Part shown: positions 1-10,069 of the stretch, piece after piece | Layout: each line of letters opens with the position of its first letter | Numbering within the stretch: the stretch's first letter is position 1 | Assembly (NCBI GenBank): GCA_965237415.1 | Contig: CBDEFM010000002.1 | Coordinates: forward strand, 1,504,001 to 1,568,000 | Source of the DNA: Alphaproteobacteria bacterium | GTDB taxonomy: Bacteria > Pseudomonadota > Alphaproteobacteria > UBA828 | Reading direction: 5' to 3' | DNA: 64,000 nt | Notes under the pieces: generated by a model | The model's input: only the letters and a program-made list of their open reading frames with translations | The model's database searches: none | Told to the model about the DNA's origin: nothing | Program-made: the position numbers and the translations under genes

Positions 1-591
1 GACCCGTTCGGCATGCGTCATACCGGCCGCGCGCGCGGCCGGTCCGGCGTGCGCGGCGGCGGCATCGGCTGCCGCCTGCTCGCGCTTGATGCGGAGCCTG
101 TCGGCGCTTTCGATACGGTAGAGCGCGAGGGCGAGGCGGCCGAGGTCCTCGGTCGGCACCGGCTCCTCGTGCGCGCCGAGCTCGGCCATCGTGCGGAGCG
201 CCAGCGTTCGCAGGGTCTCGATCGCGATGAGGGCGCTAAGCCCCTCGGCGCGGGGGTCGCGGGCGCGCGTCCATTCCTCGGCAAAGCGAACGGTCTCGCG
301 CTGCAGGCAGATCAGGCCGTCCATGCGCTCGGCCCAGCGGCCCTCGGCGGGTCGCGCACGCGCGCAGCGTCGTGCGCGCGGGATCAAAGGCGAACGGTCA
401 CCGTCGCCCGCGCGGACGCGCGACACGATCTCGTCCATGGTGGCGCCGTCCTCGATGGCTGCGGCCACGGCGTCCTGGATCGAGGTCGGCAGCGGCTCGT
501 CCGCTGAGCCCCCGCCCAGCTCACCTGCCGTGCCCCGCGTGCTCTCGCACTGCGTCGCGCGGATACGCGCGCGGGAAGATGATCGACCCAT
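1..591 (-). CDS. Mu-like phage gp27 / DUF3486 family protein (runs off window edge)
   Basis: Open frame from ATG at 591 to position 1, absent from the ORF track. Translates MGRSSS...LPTSIQDAVAAAIEDGATMDEIVSRVRA...IETLRTLALRTMAEL...EDLGRLALALYRIESADRLRIKRE, matching the recalled DUF3486 pattern. Confidence 0.7.
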   Translation of the reverse strand, partial: MGRSSSRARIRATQCESTRGTAGELGGGSADEPLPTSIQDAVAAAIEDGATMDEIVSRVRAGDGDRSPLIPRARRCARARPAEGRWAERMDGLICLQRETVRFAEEWTRARDPRAEGLSALIAIETLRTLALRTMAELGAHEEPVPTEDLGRLALALYRIESADRLRIKREQAAADAAAAHAGPAARAAGMTHAERV

Positions 592-698
592 CGCGCGATC
601 CTGGCGCAGGCACCACGCGCGGTGCACCGCACCATGGTTCTGGGCGTTGAGCGGGGCGGGCCGTCAGGCTCCAACGACCCGCGCTAGCATTACACCGC

Positions 699-1886
699 TC
701 AGGCGAGAAGTTCGGCCAACAGGCTGTTGAGGAGCGGTCGGCCGGCGGCGGTCGCGCTGAGCCTCCCGTCCCGGCGCTCCAGATAGCCGGCGTCCATGAG
801 GCGGGCGAGGCCCGCGCGATCGATCACACGGTCGGGATCGCAGCCCGTGCGCTCCCTCAGATGCGTCTCCGACACGCCCTCGGCAAGGCGGAGGCCCATC
901 ATCAGCATCTCGCGCGCCTGTTCGTGCGTGTCGAGTGAGCGCGTCTCGGCGGTGCCGTGGCCGGCGCCTTCGACGGCAGCAAGCCAGGTTTCCGGCCCCG
1001 CGTGCTGGCGCACCGTCTGCCGCCCGCATCCTGCCGGCGCGACTCGGCCGTGGGCGCCCGGCCCGATGCCCACGTAGTCGTCGTAACGCCAGTAGGCCAG
1101 GTTATGGCGGCTGGCGTTCCCGCCGCGCTCGTGGTTGGAGACCTCGTAGGCCGCGAAACCCGCCGCCGCCGTCATCTCTTGGGTGAGGTCATAGAGCACG
1201 CGCGCCGTGTCGTCGTCGGGCAGCGCGAACGCGCCGTCCCGTTCCAGCCGCCAGAAGGGCGTGCCCTTCTCGACGGTGAGCTGATAGAGCGAGAGATGGT
1301 CGTCGGCGAACGCCAGCGCCTCGGCCAGCTCGGCACGCCAGGCATCGACGGTCTGGCCGGGCCTTGCGTAGATCAGGTCGAAGGAGCTTCGCGGCATGAT
1401 GCGCTGCGCCATTGCGACCGCTTGCCGCGCCTCCGCCGCGTCGTGCCCGCGCCCGAGGAAAGTGAGCGCGCGGTCGTCGAGCGCCTGCACGCCGAGCGAC
1501 ACCCGGTTCACGCCGGCCGCGCGGAAGTCTTCGAGGCGTGCTGCCTCGGTCGAGGTCGGGTTGGCTTCGAGGGTGATCTCGGCGCCCGCCGCGAGCGTCC
1601 ACCGCGCCGCCGCCCGGTCGATCACCGCGGCCGCGGTCTCGGGCGGCATCAGCGAGGGCGTGCCCCCGCCGAAGAACATGCTGGTGACCTGCGCCCCCGG
1701 CAGCAGCGCGGAAAAATGGTCGAGCTCGCGCAGCAGCGCGCCCCGCCACCGCGCCTGATCGACGCTCTCCCTGACATGGCTGTTGAAGTCGCAATAGGGG
1801 CACTTGGAGAGGCAGAACGGCCAGTGCACGTAGAGGGCGAGCCCGGTGGGCGCTCCAGGTGAAGACGGTTCGGGCTCGCCACTCAC
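699..1886 (-). CDS. hemW: Radical SAM heme chaperone HemW
   Basis: [18 protein letters not shown] (CxxxCxxC), [22 protein letters not shown] start overlaps rdgB stop (GTGA). Confidence 0.95.
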   Translation of the reverse strand: MSGEPEPSSPGAPTGLALYVHWPFCLSKCPYCDFNSHVRESVDQARWRGALLRELDHFSALLPGAQVTSMFFGGGTPSLMPPETAAAVIDRAAARWTLAAGAEITLEANPTSTEAARLEDFRAAGVNRVSLGVQALDDRALTFLGRGHDAAEARQAVAMAQRIMPRSSFDLIYARPGQTVDAWRAELAEALAFADDHLSLYQLTVEKGTPFWRLERDGAFALPDDDTARVLYDLTQEMTAAAGFAAYEVSNHERGGNASRHNLAYWRYDDYVGIGPGAHGRVAPAGCGRQTVRQHAGPETWLAAVEGAGHGTAETRSLDTHEQAREMLMMGLRLAEGVSETHLRERTGCDPDRVIDRAGLARLMDAGYLERRDGRLSATAAGRPLLNSLLAELLA

Positions 1887-2500
1887 GACCGGGCCGGCCG
1901 TAAGGCCGCCGCCAGTTGCGCGAAGGCCCGCGCCCTGTGGGTCAGCGGCTGCTTCTCCTCCGGCAACATCTCGCCGAAGGTGCGCGCGTGGCCATCGGGG
2001 ACGAAGATCGGGTCGTAGCCGAAGCCGTGTCGGCCGCGGGGCGGAAAGGCGAGTGTCCCATCCACGCGCCCCTCGACCGTCTCGCAATGACCGTCCGGCC
2101 AGCCGAGAGAAAGCGCACAGACGAAATAGGCCGCCGCGCCAACGGTCTGGGATCCGCGCGCCGCAAGTTCCGTCTCGATACGGGCCATCGCCACGCGAAA
2201 ATCCTTCCCCGGCCCCGCCCAGCGGGCGGAATAGATGCCGGGCGCGCCATCGAGCGCAGGCACCACGAGGCCGGAATCGTCGGCAAGGGCCGGCTCGCCG
2301 CTGGCCTCAGCCGCGGCGCGGGCCTTGAGCGCCGCGTTCGCGCCGAACGTCTCCCCCGTCTCCTCGGGCTCCGCGAGGCCAAGCGCCGCGGCACCCACGG
2401 CCTCGATGCCGAGGGGCCTAAGCAACGCCGCGATTTCGCGGGCCTTGCCGGCGTTATGGCTCGCCACGATCAGGCGCGCCGCCGCGAGACGACGGGCCAT
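1883..2500 (-). CDS. rdgB: Non-canonical purine NTP pyrophosphatase (RdgB/HAM1)
   Basis: [39 protein letters not shown]; rph-rdgB-hemW order. Confidence 0.95.
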   Translation of the reverse strand: MARRLAAARLIVASHNAGKAREIAALLRPLGIEAVGAAALGLAEPEETGETFGANAALKARAAAEASGEPALADDSGLVVPALDGAPGIYSARWAGPGKDFRVAMARIETELAARGSQTVGAAAYFVCALSLGWPDGHCETVEGRVDGTLAFPPRGRHGFGYDPIFVPDGHARTFGEMLPEEKQPLTHRARAFAQLAAALRPARS

Positions 2501-2505
2501 CGGGC

Positions 2506-3228
2506 CTAGCGTCCTCCGGCGAGGGCGTCCCGCTGCAGGGCGAACAGTCGCTCGGCGCCTGAGCGGGCGAGGCCCAGCATGGCGATCAGCTGCGCCTCGC
2601 TGAAGGGGTCGCCCTCCGCCGTGCCCTGGACCTCGACGATCCCGCCGCCGGCGGTGAGTACGAAGTTCGCGTCGGCGTCGGCCGTGCTGTCCTCGGCATA
2701 GTCGAGGTCGAGCACCGCCTCGCCGCCCACGATCCCGCAGCTCACGGCGGCGACCTGGTCGGTGAGCGGCAGGCTCCCGATGACGCCGCGTGCAACGAGG
2801 CCGTCGAGCGCCACGTGGAGCGCCACATAGGCGCCGGTGATGGCTGCCGTGCGGGTGCCGCCATCGGCCTGGATGACGTCGCAGTCGAGGGTGATCTGGC
2901 GCTCCCCGAGCGCTTCCAGGTCGGTCACGGCGCGGAGCGAGCGCCCGATGAGGCGCTGGATCTCCTGCGTGCGCCCGCCCTGGCGCCCGCGCGCGGCCTC
3001 GCGAGCGGTCCGCGACCCGGTCGAGCGCGGCAGCATGCCGTATTCGCCGGTCACCCAGCCCCGCCCCTTGTTGCGCAGGAAGGGCGGCACGCGATCCTCC
3101 AGGCTTGCCGTGCACAGCACCTGCGTGTCGCCGAAGCGAACCAGGCAGGAGCCCTCGGCGTGCTTGTTCACGCCCGGCTCCAGCTTTACCTCGCGCAACT
3201 CGTCGGCTGTACGGCCGGATGGTCGCAT
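2506..3228 (-). CDS. rph: Ribonuclease PH
   Basis: [49 protein letters not shown]. Confidence 0.97.
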   Translation of the reverse strand: MRPSGRTADELREVKLEPGVNKHAEGSCLVRFGDTQVLCTASLEDRVPPFLRNKGRGWVTGEYGMLPRSTGSRTAREAARGRQGGRTQEIQRLIGRSLRAVTDLEALGERQITLDCDVIQADGGTRTAAITGAYVALHVALDGLVARGVIGSLPLTDQVAAVSCGIVGGEAVLDLDYAEDSTADADANFVLTAGGGIVEVQGTAEGDPFSEAQLIAMLGLARSGAERLFALQRDALAGGR

Positions 3229-3875
3229 GGAAAGGCCCTCCCCCGCTGGCGGCGCGACACTATCGCGGGTCCCGGAGGGCGTCCACTATTGTTCATATCC
3301 CCCAGGCGCCGGGCGCTCGCATTTCGCTCCCGCGCGCGTAACCGCACGACACTCGCTTGGCTACGCGCCTTATTCGATCCACTCCGATACACCAGTCTAA
3401 GAATTTGAAAAAAGGCATTAATTCATATGTCCAGTGATCCTTGCGCAGCATTCTCTGTTGTACTGTGAACACCGAGCCAGCACGGATGCAGTCGCGGCGT
3501 CCACTCCATCGGGGTGACCGTTCCGTGTATCTGTTCGGCCGAGTAAGCGGGGGCTGTTGTTCAGCGCGAGGTTTTGACGCCGATCGACGCGCTAACTGGT
3601 TGTTTTATTACGATTCATGGGGGTCAATATAGCGCGTGTAACAACACCATACGGGAACGGAGCCAAGCAGGGTTGGGACAAATCCGGCACGATAATTCCG
3701 GAAGTGGCGTCACGAGACCCGCAACAGCGCGGCGAGGCCGGAAGCAGCGCCACGCCGTTCCCGGCCTCGCCAAGTGGGTTCCACCGAGCGCGGGCGCATC
3801 GGTTCACCGGGCGCCCGCGCCCAAATTCAACGCTCTCGGCTTCCTGGTTGAGGTCCGGCCCTGCCGGTCGCCTCC

Positions 3876-5075
3876 CTACATCGCCGGGGTCCAGGTGCCG
3901 TCGTCCCCAACTACGTTGAGGGAGTAGATGCCGGCCACGTCGCCGTTCTCGTCGAACTCGATGGCGCCGGAGGCGCCCTCGTAGTTGATGTCCTCGCCGG
4001 CCGCGATGGCTTCCTTGGCCTTCGCCCACTCGCCGGGGCGAATGACCATGCCGGGGGCGTTGGCCACATCGCGAAGCGCCGCCGAGATCATGCCGCGGTC
4101 GGCCGAGCCTGCCTTCTCGATCGCGAGCGCGGCGAGGAAAGCGATATCGTAGCCGTGGGCGACGAAGGGGGCGTCCGGGCTGTTGCCGGCGGCCTCGAAG
4201 GCGGCGGCGAAGGCCTTGTACGACCCGCCCCCGGTGTCGGACGCGGGCTGCGAGAGCATGATGTTGCCGCGCAGGTTGTCGGCGCCGATCTGCTCGATGA
4301 CGGAGTTGTCCATCATGCCGTCCGCCCCGAGGAACTTGCCGAAGAGCTCGTTCTCGAGGCTGTTGCGCAGGATGGTGATGCCGCTCGAGCCGAAGTAGGC
4401 GAAGAGGGCGAGCCCTTCCGCCTCGCCGGCCGCGAGCGTCGCGAGCTCGGCGCGGTACGATGCCTTGTTCGGCTCGTGCGCCTCGTTGCCGGCGATCATG
4501 CCGCCGAGCTCGGTGAAGGCGGTCGCGAACACGCCGGCAAGGCCCGAGTTGTAGTCGTCGTTGGAGTAGGTGACCGCAAGCTTGCGGTAGCCGTGCTCCC
4601 AGGCGAGCGCGGCGAGGGATCGTCCCTGGTAGGCGTCGGAGGGCGCGACCCGGAACACGAGGTCGTTGTCGTCGAGGTCCGAGATCGTGGGCGCGGTCGC
4701 GGTGTCGGAAAGCATCACCACGCCGGCCGGGATGGTGACGGACTGGGCCATGCCGTTGGTGGCGCCCGAGCAGTTGGGGCCGATGACCGCCACTGCCTGC
4801 TCGACGTTGACGAGCTTCGCGCCCACGTCGACCGCGGCCTTCGGGTCGCACTGCGAATCGCCCAGCACGAGCCGGTAGGTGTCTCCGCCGAGCAGGCCGC
4901 CCTGCTCATTCACGTGGCTCGCGGCGAGGTTGCGGGCATTGACGATGGCTACCACCAGCTCCGCGATGGGACCGGTAACGGCCGCCGCGGAACCCACATT
5001 GATTTCGCCCGCGGTGGCGGCGGCGCCGTTCATGGCGAGCGCGACCGCGGCTCCGGCTAACATCATTCTCTTCAT
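3876..5075 (-). CDS. Liv-type ABC transporter substrate-binding protein
   Basis: Signal peptide MKRMMLAGAAVALA; DSQCDP, FRVAPSD, YEGASGAIEFDENGD. Confidence 0.9.
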   Translation of the reverse strand: MKRMMLAGAAVALAMNGAAATAGEINVGSAAAVTGPIAELVVAIVNARNLAASHVNEQGGLLGGDTYRLVLGDSQCDPKAAVDVGAKLVNVEQAVAVIGPNCSGATNGMAQSVTIPAGVVMLSDTATAPTISDLDDNDLVFRVAPSDAYQGRSLAALAWEHGYRKLAVTYSNDDYNSGLAGVFATAFTELGGMIAGNEAHEPNKASYRAELATLAAGEAEGLALFAYFGSSGITILRNSLENELFGKFLGADGMMDNSVIEQIGADNLRGNIMLSQPASDTGGGSYKAFAAAFEAAGNSPDAPFVAHGYDIAFLAALAIEKAGSADRGMISAALRDVANAPGMVIRPGEWAKAKEAIAAGEDINYEGASGAIEFDENGDVAGIYSLNVVGDDGTWTPAM

Positions 5076-6040
5076 GGCGGTTGCTCCCTGGTTGAAGATG
5101 AAGGAGCGGAGCGGAAGCGGCGCTCGCGGAAGATGCCGCCCGGGTAACGCTGTAGGATGAACTGCAATGCAAGGCCCACAAGAAAGATCCGCAGGTAAGC
5201 CGACTTGACCGCCCACTCCGGGGGTAGTCGCGCGCTTAGTATTTCGGTTGTTGACCAGATAGTCCAGATCAGGATGGCGCCGAAGACCGCGCCCCGATTG
5301 TTCCCGGCGCCGCCCACGACGAGCATGACCCAGACCAGGAAGGTGGCGGAGATCGGCTCCGCCGCGTTCGGCTCGATGAACTTGATGTGGTGCGCCATCA
5401 GCGCCCCGCCGAGGCCCATGAGAGCGGCGCCGAGGACGAAGGCTTCAATTCGCAGGCGCTCGACGTCCTTTCCCGCCGCGCGCGCCGCCGCCTCGTTTTC
5501 GCGGATCGCGGCCATCACCCGTCCCCAGGGGGAACGCCGCGCCCGTTCGAGCAGGACGTAGAGCACGGCGACCACCGCGAAGACCAGCAGCAGCATCCCG
5601 ACTTGGTTCCACGGCTGGGGGAGGTGCTCGAAGGGCTTCGGGATGAGGGAGATCCCGCGCGGGCCGTTGGTCGCCCACACTTCGTTCTTGAGGACGAGCC
5701 GGAAGATCTCGGCGATTCCGAGGGTGGCGATCGCGAGGTAGTCGGCGCGGAGCCGAATGCAGATCCGGCCCACGCCCCAGGCGATGATCGCGCTCGCAAT
5801 CATCGCGGCGACCATGCCCGCCGCCGCCGGCAGGCCGAAGCCGCCCAAGTGCCGCTCGGAGGCAGCGGAGGTCACGATGGCGGTGGTGTAGGCGCCGATC
5901 GCGAAGAAGCCCGCCACCCCGGCGTTGAAGAGCCCCGTGAAGCCCCACTGGATGTTGAGCCCGAGGGTGAGCACCGCGTAGATCCCGCCCATCGTGAGCA
6001 GGAACACGCCGTAGAGGAAGATGCCGTAGAGCTGTTCCAT
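5072..6040 (-). CDS. Liv-type ABC permease (LivM-like)
   Basis: LGLNIQWGFTGLFNAG, LRADYLAIATLG, AIRENEAAA, GGAGNNRGA. Confidence 0.9.
   Translation of the reverse strand: MEQLYGIFLYGVFLLTMGGIYAVLTLGLNIQWGFTGLFNAGVAGFFAIGAYTTAIVTSAASERHLGGFGLPAAAGMVAAMIASAIIAWGVGRICIRLRADYLAIATLGIAEIFRLVLKNEVWATNGPRGISLIPKPFEHLPQPWNQVGMLLLVFAVVAVLYVLLERARRSPWGRVMAAIRENEAAARAAGKDVERLRIEAFVLGAALMGLGGALMAHHIKFIEPNAAEPISATFLVWVMLVVGGAGNNRGAVFGAILIWTIWSTTEILSARLPPEWAVKSAYLRIFLVGLALQFILQRYPGGIFRERRFRSAPSSSTREQPP
5163..5178 (-). promoter_or_regulatory. Candidate sigma54 -24/-12 promoter inside livM, upstream of the SBP gene
   Basis: Minus strand TGGGCCTTGCATTGCA = GG-N10-GC with TTGCA, within a patch of A/T-ending codons about 90 nt before the SBP ATG. 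Confidence 0.4.
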
Positions 6041-6106
6041 CTACGCGGCCCGTCTCTTCCGCGAGGGGTGCGCACCGGGAGGTATAGGCATCGACCGCGT
6101 CATGTT

Positions 6107-6997
6107 CTAGAACACCCGACCCCGGAAGAGCCCGCTCGGGCGCCAGATCAGGATCGCGACCATGATCGCGAAGGCGACCCCGGTCTTGTAGCCGGGCGGG
6201 ACGAGCGACCCGGTGCCGATCCACGGATAGGTGGAGAGCTCCTCGACGAGGCCGATCACCAGCCCCCCCGCCATCGCGCCGTAGGGCCGCCCGATTCCCC
6301 CGAGCAGGGCGGCGGCGAAGATCGGCAGCAGCAGCTTGAAGCCCAGTTGCGACTCGACGTGGGTGTCGTAGGCGAGGAAGACCCCGGCCGCGGCCGCAAG
6401 CCCCGCGCCGACGATCCAGGTGGTGAGGATCACCCGCTCGGTGTCGATGCCGGTGAGCCGGGCGAGGTCGGGCGAGTCGGCCATTGCGCGCATCGCCTTG
6501 CCGGCCCGGGTGTGGCCGAGCAGCAGGTGCACCGCCAGCATCAGGACGAGGGCGGCGCAGATGATGGTGACATGCTTGGGGAAGACGCGCAGCGCGTCGA
6601 AGAGCAGCCAGGGAAGCTCGATGCCCTGGCCGAAGGAGCGGAGCCTCGCGCCCCAGATGAGCTGCACGAGGGAGCGCACCATCAGCATCAGCCCGAAGGA
6701 GGCGATCACGAGGATGATGGTCGAGCCGTGGCGGAGTGGCCGGAAGAAGAGCCGGTCCATGCCGAGCACCGCGAGCGCGGTGAACGCCATCGCCAGGGGA
6801 AGGACGGCGAAGGGGTGCCAGTCGGTGAAGGAGGCGAGTGAGAGGGCGAAGAAGGCGCCGAGCGTCATCGTCTCCCCGTGCGCGAAGTTCGCGAAGCGCA
6901 GGATCCCGAAGGTGAGGGTCACGCCGATCGCGCCGAGCGCGTAGATGCTGCCGAGCACCAGGCCCGGAATCAGGTAGAAGTTGAGGAACTCGATCAC
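6107..6997 (-). CDS. Liv-type ABC permease (LivH-like)
   Basis: GSIYALGAIGVTLTFGILRFANFAHGE, GKAMRAMADS, LGGIGRPYGA; GTG overlaps upstream stop. Confidence 0.9.
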   Translation of the reverse strand: MIEFLNFYLIPGLVLGSIYALGAIGVTLTFGILRFANFAHGETMTLGAFFALSLASFTDWHPFAVLPLAMAFTALAVLGMDRLFFRPLRHGSTIILVIASFGLMLMVRSLVQLIWGARLRSFGQGIELPWLLFDALRVFPKHVTIICAALVLMLAVHLLLGHTRAGKAMRAMADSPDLARLTGIDTERVILTTWIVGAGLAAAAGVFLAYDTHVESQLGFKLLLPIFAAALLGGIGRPYGAMAGGLVIGLVEELSTYPWIGTGSLVPPGYKTGVAFAIMVAILIWRPSGLFRGRVF

Positions 6998-7797
6998 GGC
7001 GCGGTCGCTCCCCGCGCGGGCCCGCCTTCGCCGGCGGCAGTGTCGTCTCCGCGCCCGCCGAGGAACATCGTGCCCACTGCAGGGTCCGCGAGAAGCGCAG
7101 CGCCGCTGCCGTCCAGGCGGTTGCGCCCGTCGACGAGGACGTAGCCGCGATCGGCGATGCCGAGGGCCTGGCGCGCGTTCTGCTCCACCATGAGGACGGG
7201 GACGCCGCGCGCGTTGATCTCCCGCACCACGCGGAAGATGTCGCGGCGGAAGCGCGGCGAGAGCCCCGCGGTCGGTTCGTCGAGGAGGAGGACGACCGGC
7301 TCCACCATGAGCGCCTTGGCTATCGCCACCATCTGGCGCTGGCCCCCCGAGAGGTTTCCGGCGGGGGTGCGCCGCCGCTCCGCGAGCGGCGGAAAGAGCT
7401 CGTACATCTCCTGCATGCGGGGGCGGAAGTCGTCGCGGCGGATGTAGGCCCCCATTTCCAGGTTCTCGTTCACGCTGAGGTTGGGGAACACGTTGGCGGT
7501 CTGGGGGACGTAGCACACGCCCTGGCGCACCACCCGGTCAGGGGCGGTACCGGTGATGTCCCGGCCGCGCAGGCTCACCCGCCCGCCCGCGAGCTCGAGG
7601 CGACCGAGCACCGCGTTCATCACCGTGGACTTGCCCGCCCCGTTGGGGCCGACGAGCACGACGATCTCGCCCGGACCGACGCTGATCGATACCTCGTGAA
7701 TGATCTCGGCCCCGCCGTAGCCCCCGGTCACGCGTTCGAGCGCGAGGACCGGCGTTCCCGCCCCTTCGTGCGGCGTTCCGGCGCATGCGTCGCTCAC
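6994..7797 (-). CDS. ABC ATP-binding protein (LivF-like)
   Basis: GPNGAGKST, LSGGQRQM, LLLDEP, VEQN. Confidence 0.92.
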   Translation of the reverse strand: MSDACAGTPHEGAGTPVLALERVTGGYGGAEIIHEVSISVGPGEIVVLVGPNGAGKSTVMNAVLGRLELAGGRVSLRGRDITGTAPDRVVRQGVCYVPQTANVFPNLSVNENLEMGAYIRRDDFRPRMQEMYELFPPLAERRRTPAGNLSGGQRQMVAIAKALMVEPVVLLLDEPTAGLSPRFRRDIFRVVREINARGVPVLMVEQNARQALGIADRGYVLVDGRNRLDGSGAALLADPAVGTMFLGGRGDDTAAGEGGPARGATAP

Positions 7798-8690
7798 GGA
7801 ACGTCTCCTCCCCCATCCGCTCCCGCCCCGCCGATGCCGTGCTCTCTTTCCCCTCCCGCCGCGGGTTCGGGGCCGGCACGACCCTCGTCCTCATCTCCGC
7901 CAAGGTAGGCGTCGAGCACCCGCGGGTCCCGGCGCACCTGCTCCATGGGGCCGTCGGTGAGGACCGCGCCCTGCGAGAGCACGATGACCCGCTCGCACAG
8001 GGAAGCGATGAAGTCCATGTCGTGCTCGATGACGACGAAGGTGTAGCCGCGCTCGCGGTTGAGCTCCAGGATCATCTCCCGGAGGCGGACGAGCAGGGTC
8101 GGGTTGACCCCCGCTCCCGGCTCGTCGAGGAGCACGAGCCGGGGCGAGGTCATCATCGCCCGTCCGAGCTCGAGCAGCTTCTTCTGGCCGCCCGAGAGGT
8201 TCATCGCGAGCTCGTCGCGCAGATCCCACAGGGTGAGGAAGCGGAGCGCGTCCTCCGCCCTTTCGCGCACCTCGCGTTCGCGCCGGGCGACCGCGCCCGG
8301 CGCGAGCCACACCGGCCACAGGCGTTCTCCGGGCTGGGCGGCGGGCACCGCCATCAGGTTCTCGAGCACCGTGAGGCGGCCGAACTCGTGCGGTATCTGG
8401 AAGGTGCGCACGATGCCCCGGTGGAAGAGCCGGTGAGTCGGGAGGCCGGTGATGTCCTCGCCGTCGAAGAGGATCCGGCCCGCGCTGGGGGTCAGCGCCC
8501 CCGCCACCATACTGAAGATGGTGGTCTTGCCCGCGCCGTTCGGCCCGATCATTCCGGTGATGCGGCCCGCCTCGATCGTGAAGGAGCAGCGGTCCACCGC
8601 GGTCAGGCCGCCGAAGCGGCGGGTCAGGCCTTCGAGCGCGAGGATCGGCTCCGGCGAGCGGCCGGGTTCGGGCTGCGGGGCGGCGTTCAT
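7794..8690 (-). CDS. ABC ATP-binding protein (LivG-like)
   Basis: GPNGAGKTT, RTFQ, LSGGQKKL, LLDEP, IEHDM, AYLG. Confidence 0.92.
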   Translation of the reverse strand: MNAAPQPEPGRSPEPILALEGLTRRFGGLTAVDRCSFTIEAGRITGMIGPNGAGKTTIFSMVAGALTPSAGRILFDGEDITGLPTHRLFHRGIVRTFQIPHEFGRLTVLENLMAVPAAQPGERLWPVWLAPGAVARREREVRERAEDALRFLTLWDLRDELAMNLSGGQKKLLELGRAMMTSPRLVLLDEPGAGVNPTLLVRLREMILELNRERGYTFVVIEHDMDFIASLCERVIVLSQGAVLTDGPMEQVRRDPRVLDAYLGGDEDEGRAGPEPAAGGEREHGIGGAGADGGGDVP

Positions 8691-8873
8691 GACGAGGCCA
8701 ATGGTAGCCTGCCTGCTTCAATGGGTGCGCCAAGAAAAATTTTCTGAAACGACAACGCCTGGGTACCCCCCCTTGGGGCTACAATGGTCGGGACGAGCCG
8801 GTGCGACGCGCGGCGAGGGGGGTTGCGTTGAACGACGAGTCGAGCCTGCATGCGGTCCGGGAATCCGGAGCGC

Positions 8874-10005
8874 ATGGTGGGGCGACGCGGAGTCCGCTCC
8901 GGGCGGAACGGCACGGGCCGAGCTGCTCCTGCCGAGTCGCGACCTGCACGCGGATCTCGCCTTCTTCCGCGAACGGCTCGGCTTCCGTCTCGATTCAATC
9001 TTTCCCGCCGACGACCCCGCGCAGGCGGTGCTGTCGGGCCACGGTGTGCGCATCCGGCTCGAACGCGACGCCGCCGAGGCCCCCGGCGCGATCCGGCTCC
9101 ACTGCGAGGACCCGGGCGCATTCGGAAATGGCGTGCAGGACCTCCACGCCCCCAACGGCACCCGCATCGAGCTCCGAGACCTCCATCCCCGCCTGCGGCG
9201 CCCGCCCACCCGCCACGCTCTGGTGGTGCAGCGCCAGGGCGCGATGGGCGGCGCGTGGGTGGTCGGCCGCGCCGGCATGCATTACCGGGACCTCATTCCG
9301 GGGCGCCTCGGCGGGGCGATCATCGCCTCGCACATCCGCATCCCGAAGGCGGGACCGGTCCCCGACGATGTGCACTACCACATCGCGGCGTTCCAGCTCA
9401 TCTTCTGCTACCGGGGCTGGGTGGACCTCGTGTACGAGGACCAGGGCCCGCCCTTCCGCCTCGAAGCCGGGGACTGTCTCATTCAGCCCCCGCAGATCCG
9501 CCACCGGGTGCTCGAGTCCTCCGCCGGCCTGGAAGTGATCGAGATTGCGGTGCCGGCGGAGCACCTCACCGCGCTCGACCACACGCTGGAGCTCCCCACC
9601 GGCCACCTGCGTCCGCATCGCGACTTCGGCGGCCAGCGCTTCTGCCGCCACACGGCGCGCGACGCGGTCTGGAACCCGGCCCGCCTTCCCGGGTTTTCCG
9701 CCTGCGACAGCGGAATCGCCGTCGCCACCGGCGGGGTGGCGAGCGCGCAGGTCGCGAGACGCACCGACGGCGGCAGCGACGCTGCGGAAACCAGCCATGA
9801 CGCGGACATCCTCTTCATCTTTGTCCTGGAAGGCGGAATGACATTGCGCGTGCCGGAGCGCGAGACCTGCGAGCTTCGGGCCGGAGACGCCTTCGTGCTG
9901 CCGCCGGGGCTTCGCAGCGCCTATGAGCGCTGCACGGACGACCTCGAGCTGCTGGAGGTGTCCCTGCCCGGCGCCTTCGTAACGACCATCCACCGGAGCC
10001 CGTGA
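8874..10005 (+). CDS. VOC-like N-terminus + double cupin protein (start uncertain; possible +1 slip in G run at 8879-8882)
   Basis: DLAFFRERLGFRL (VOC-like), then cupin motifs VHYH...FQLIFCYRGWV...AGDCLIQPPQIRHRVLE and HDADILFIFVLEG. No in-frame start near the domain start; ATG at 8874 is out of frame by one base. Confidence 0.7.
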
Positions 10006-10069
10006 TGGTGAATTCCGGCGCTCACGACCACGACGCCCTCCCCGCCCGCGACGCCCGCCGCCCCCGCCG

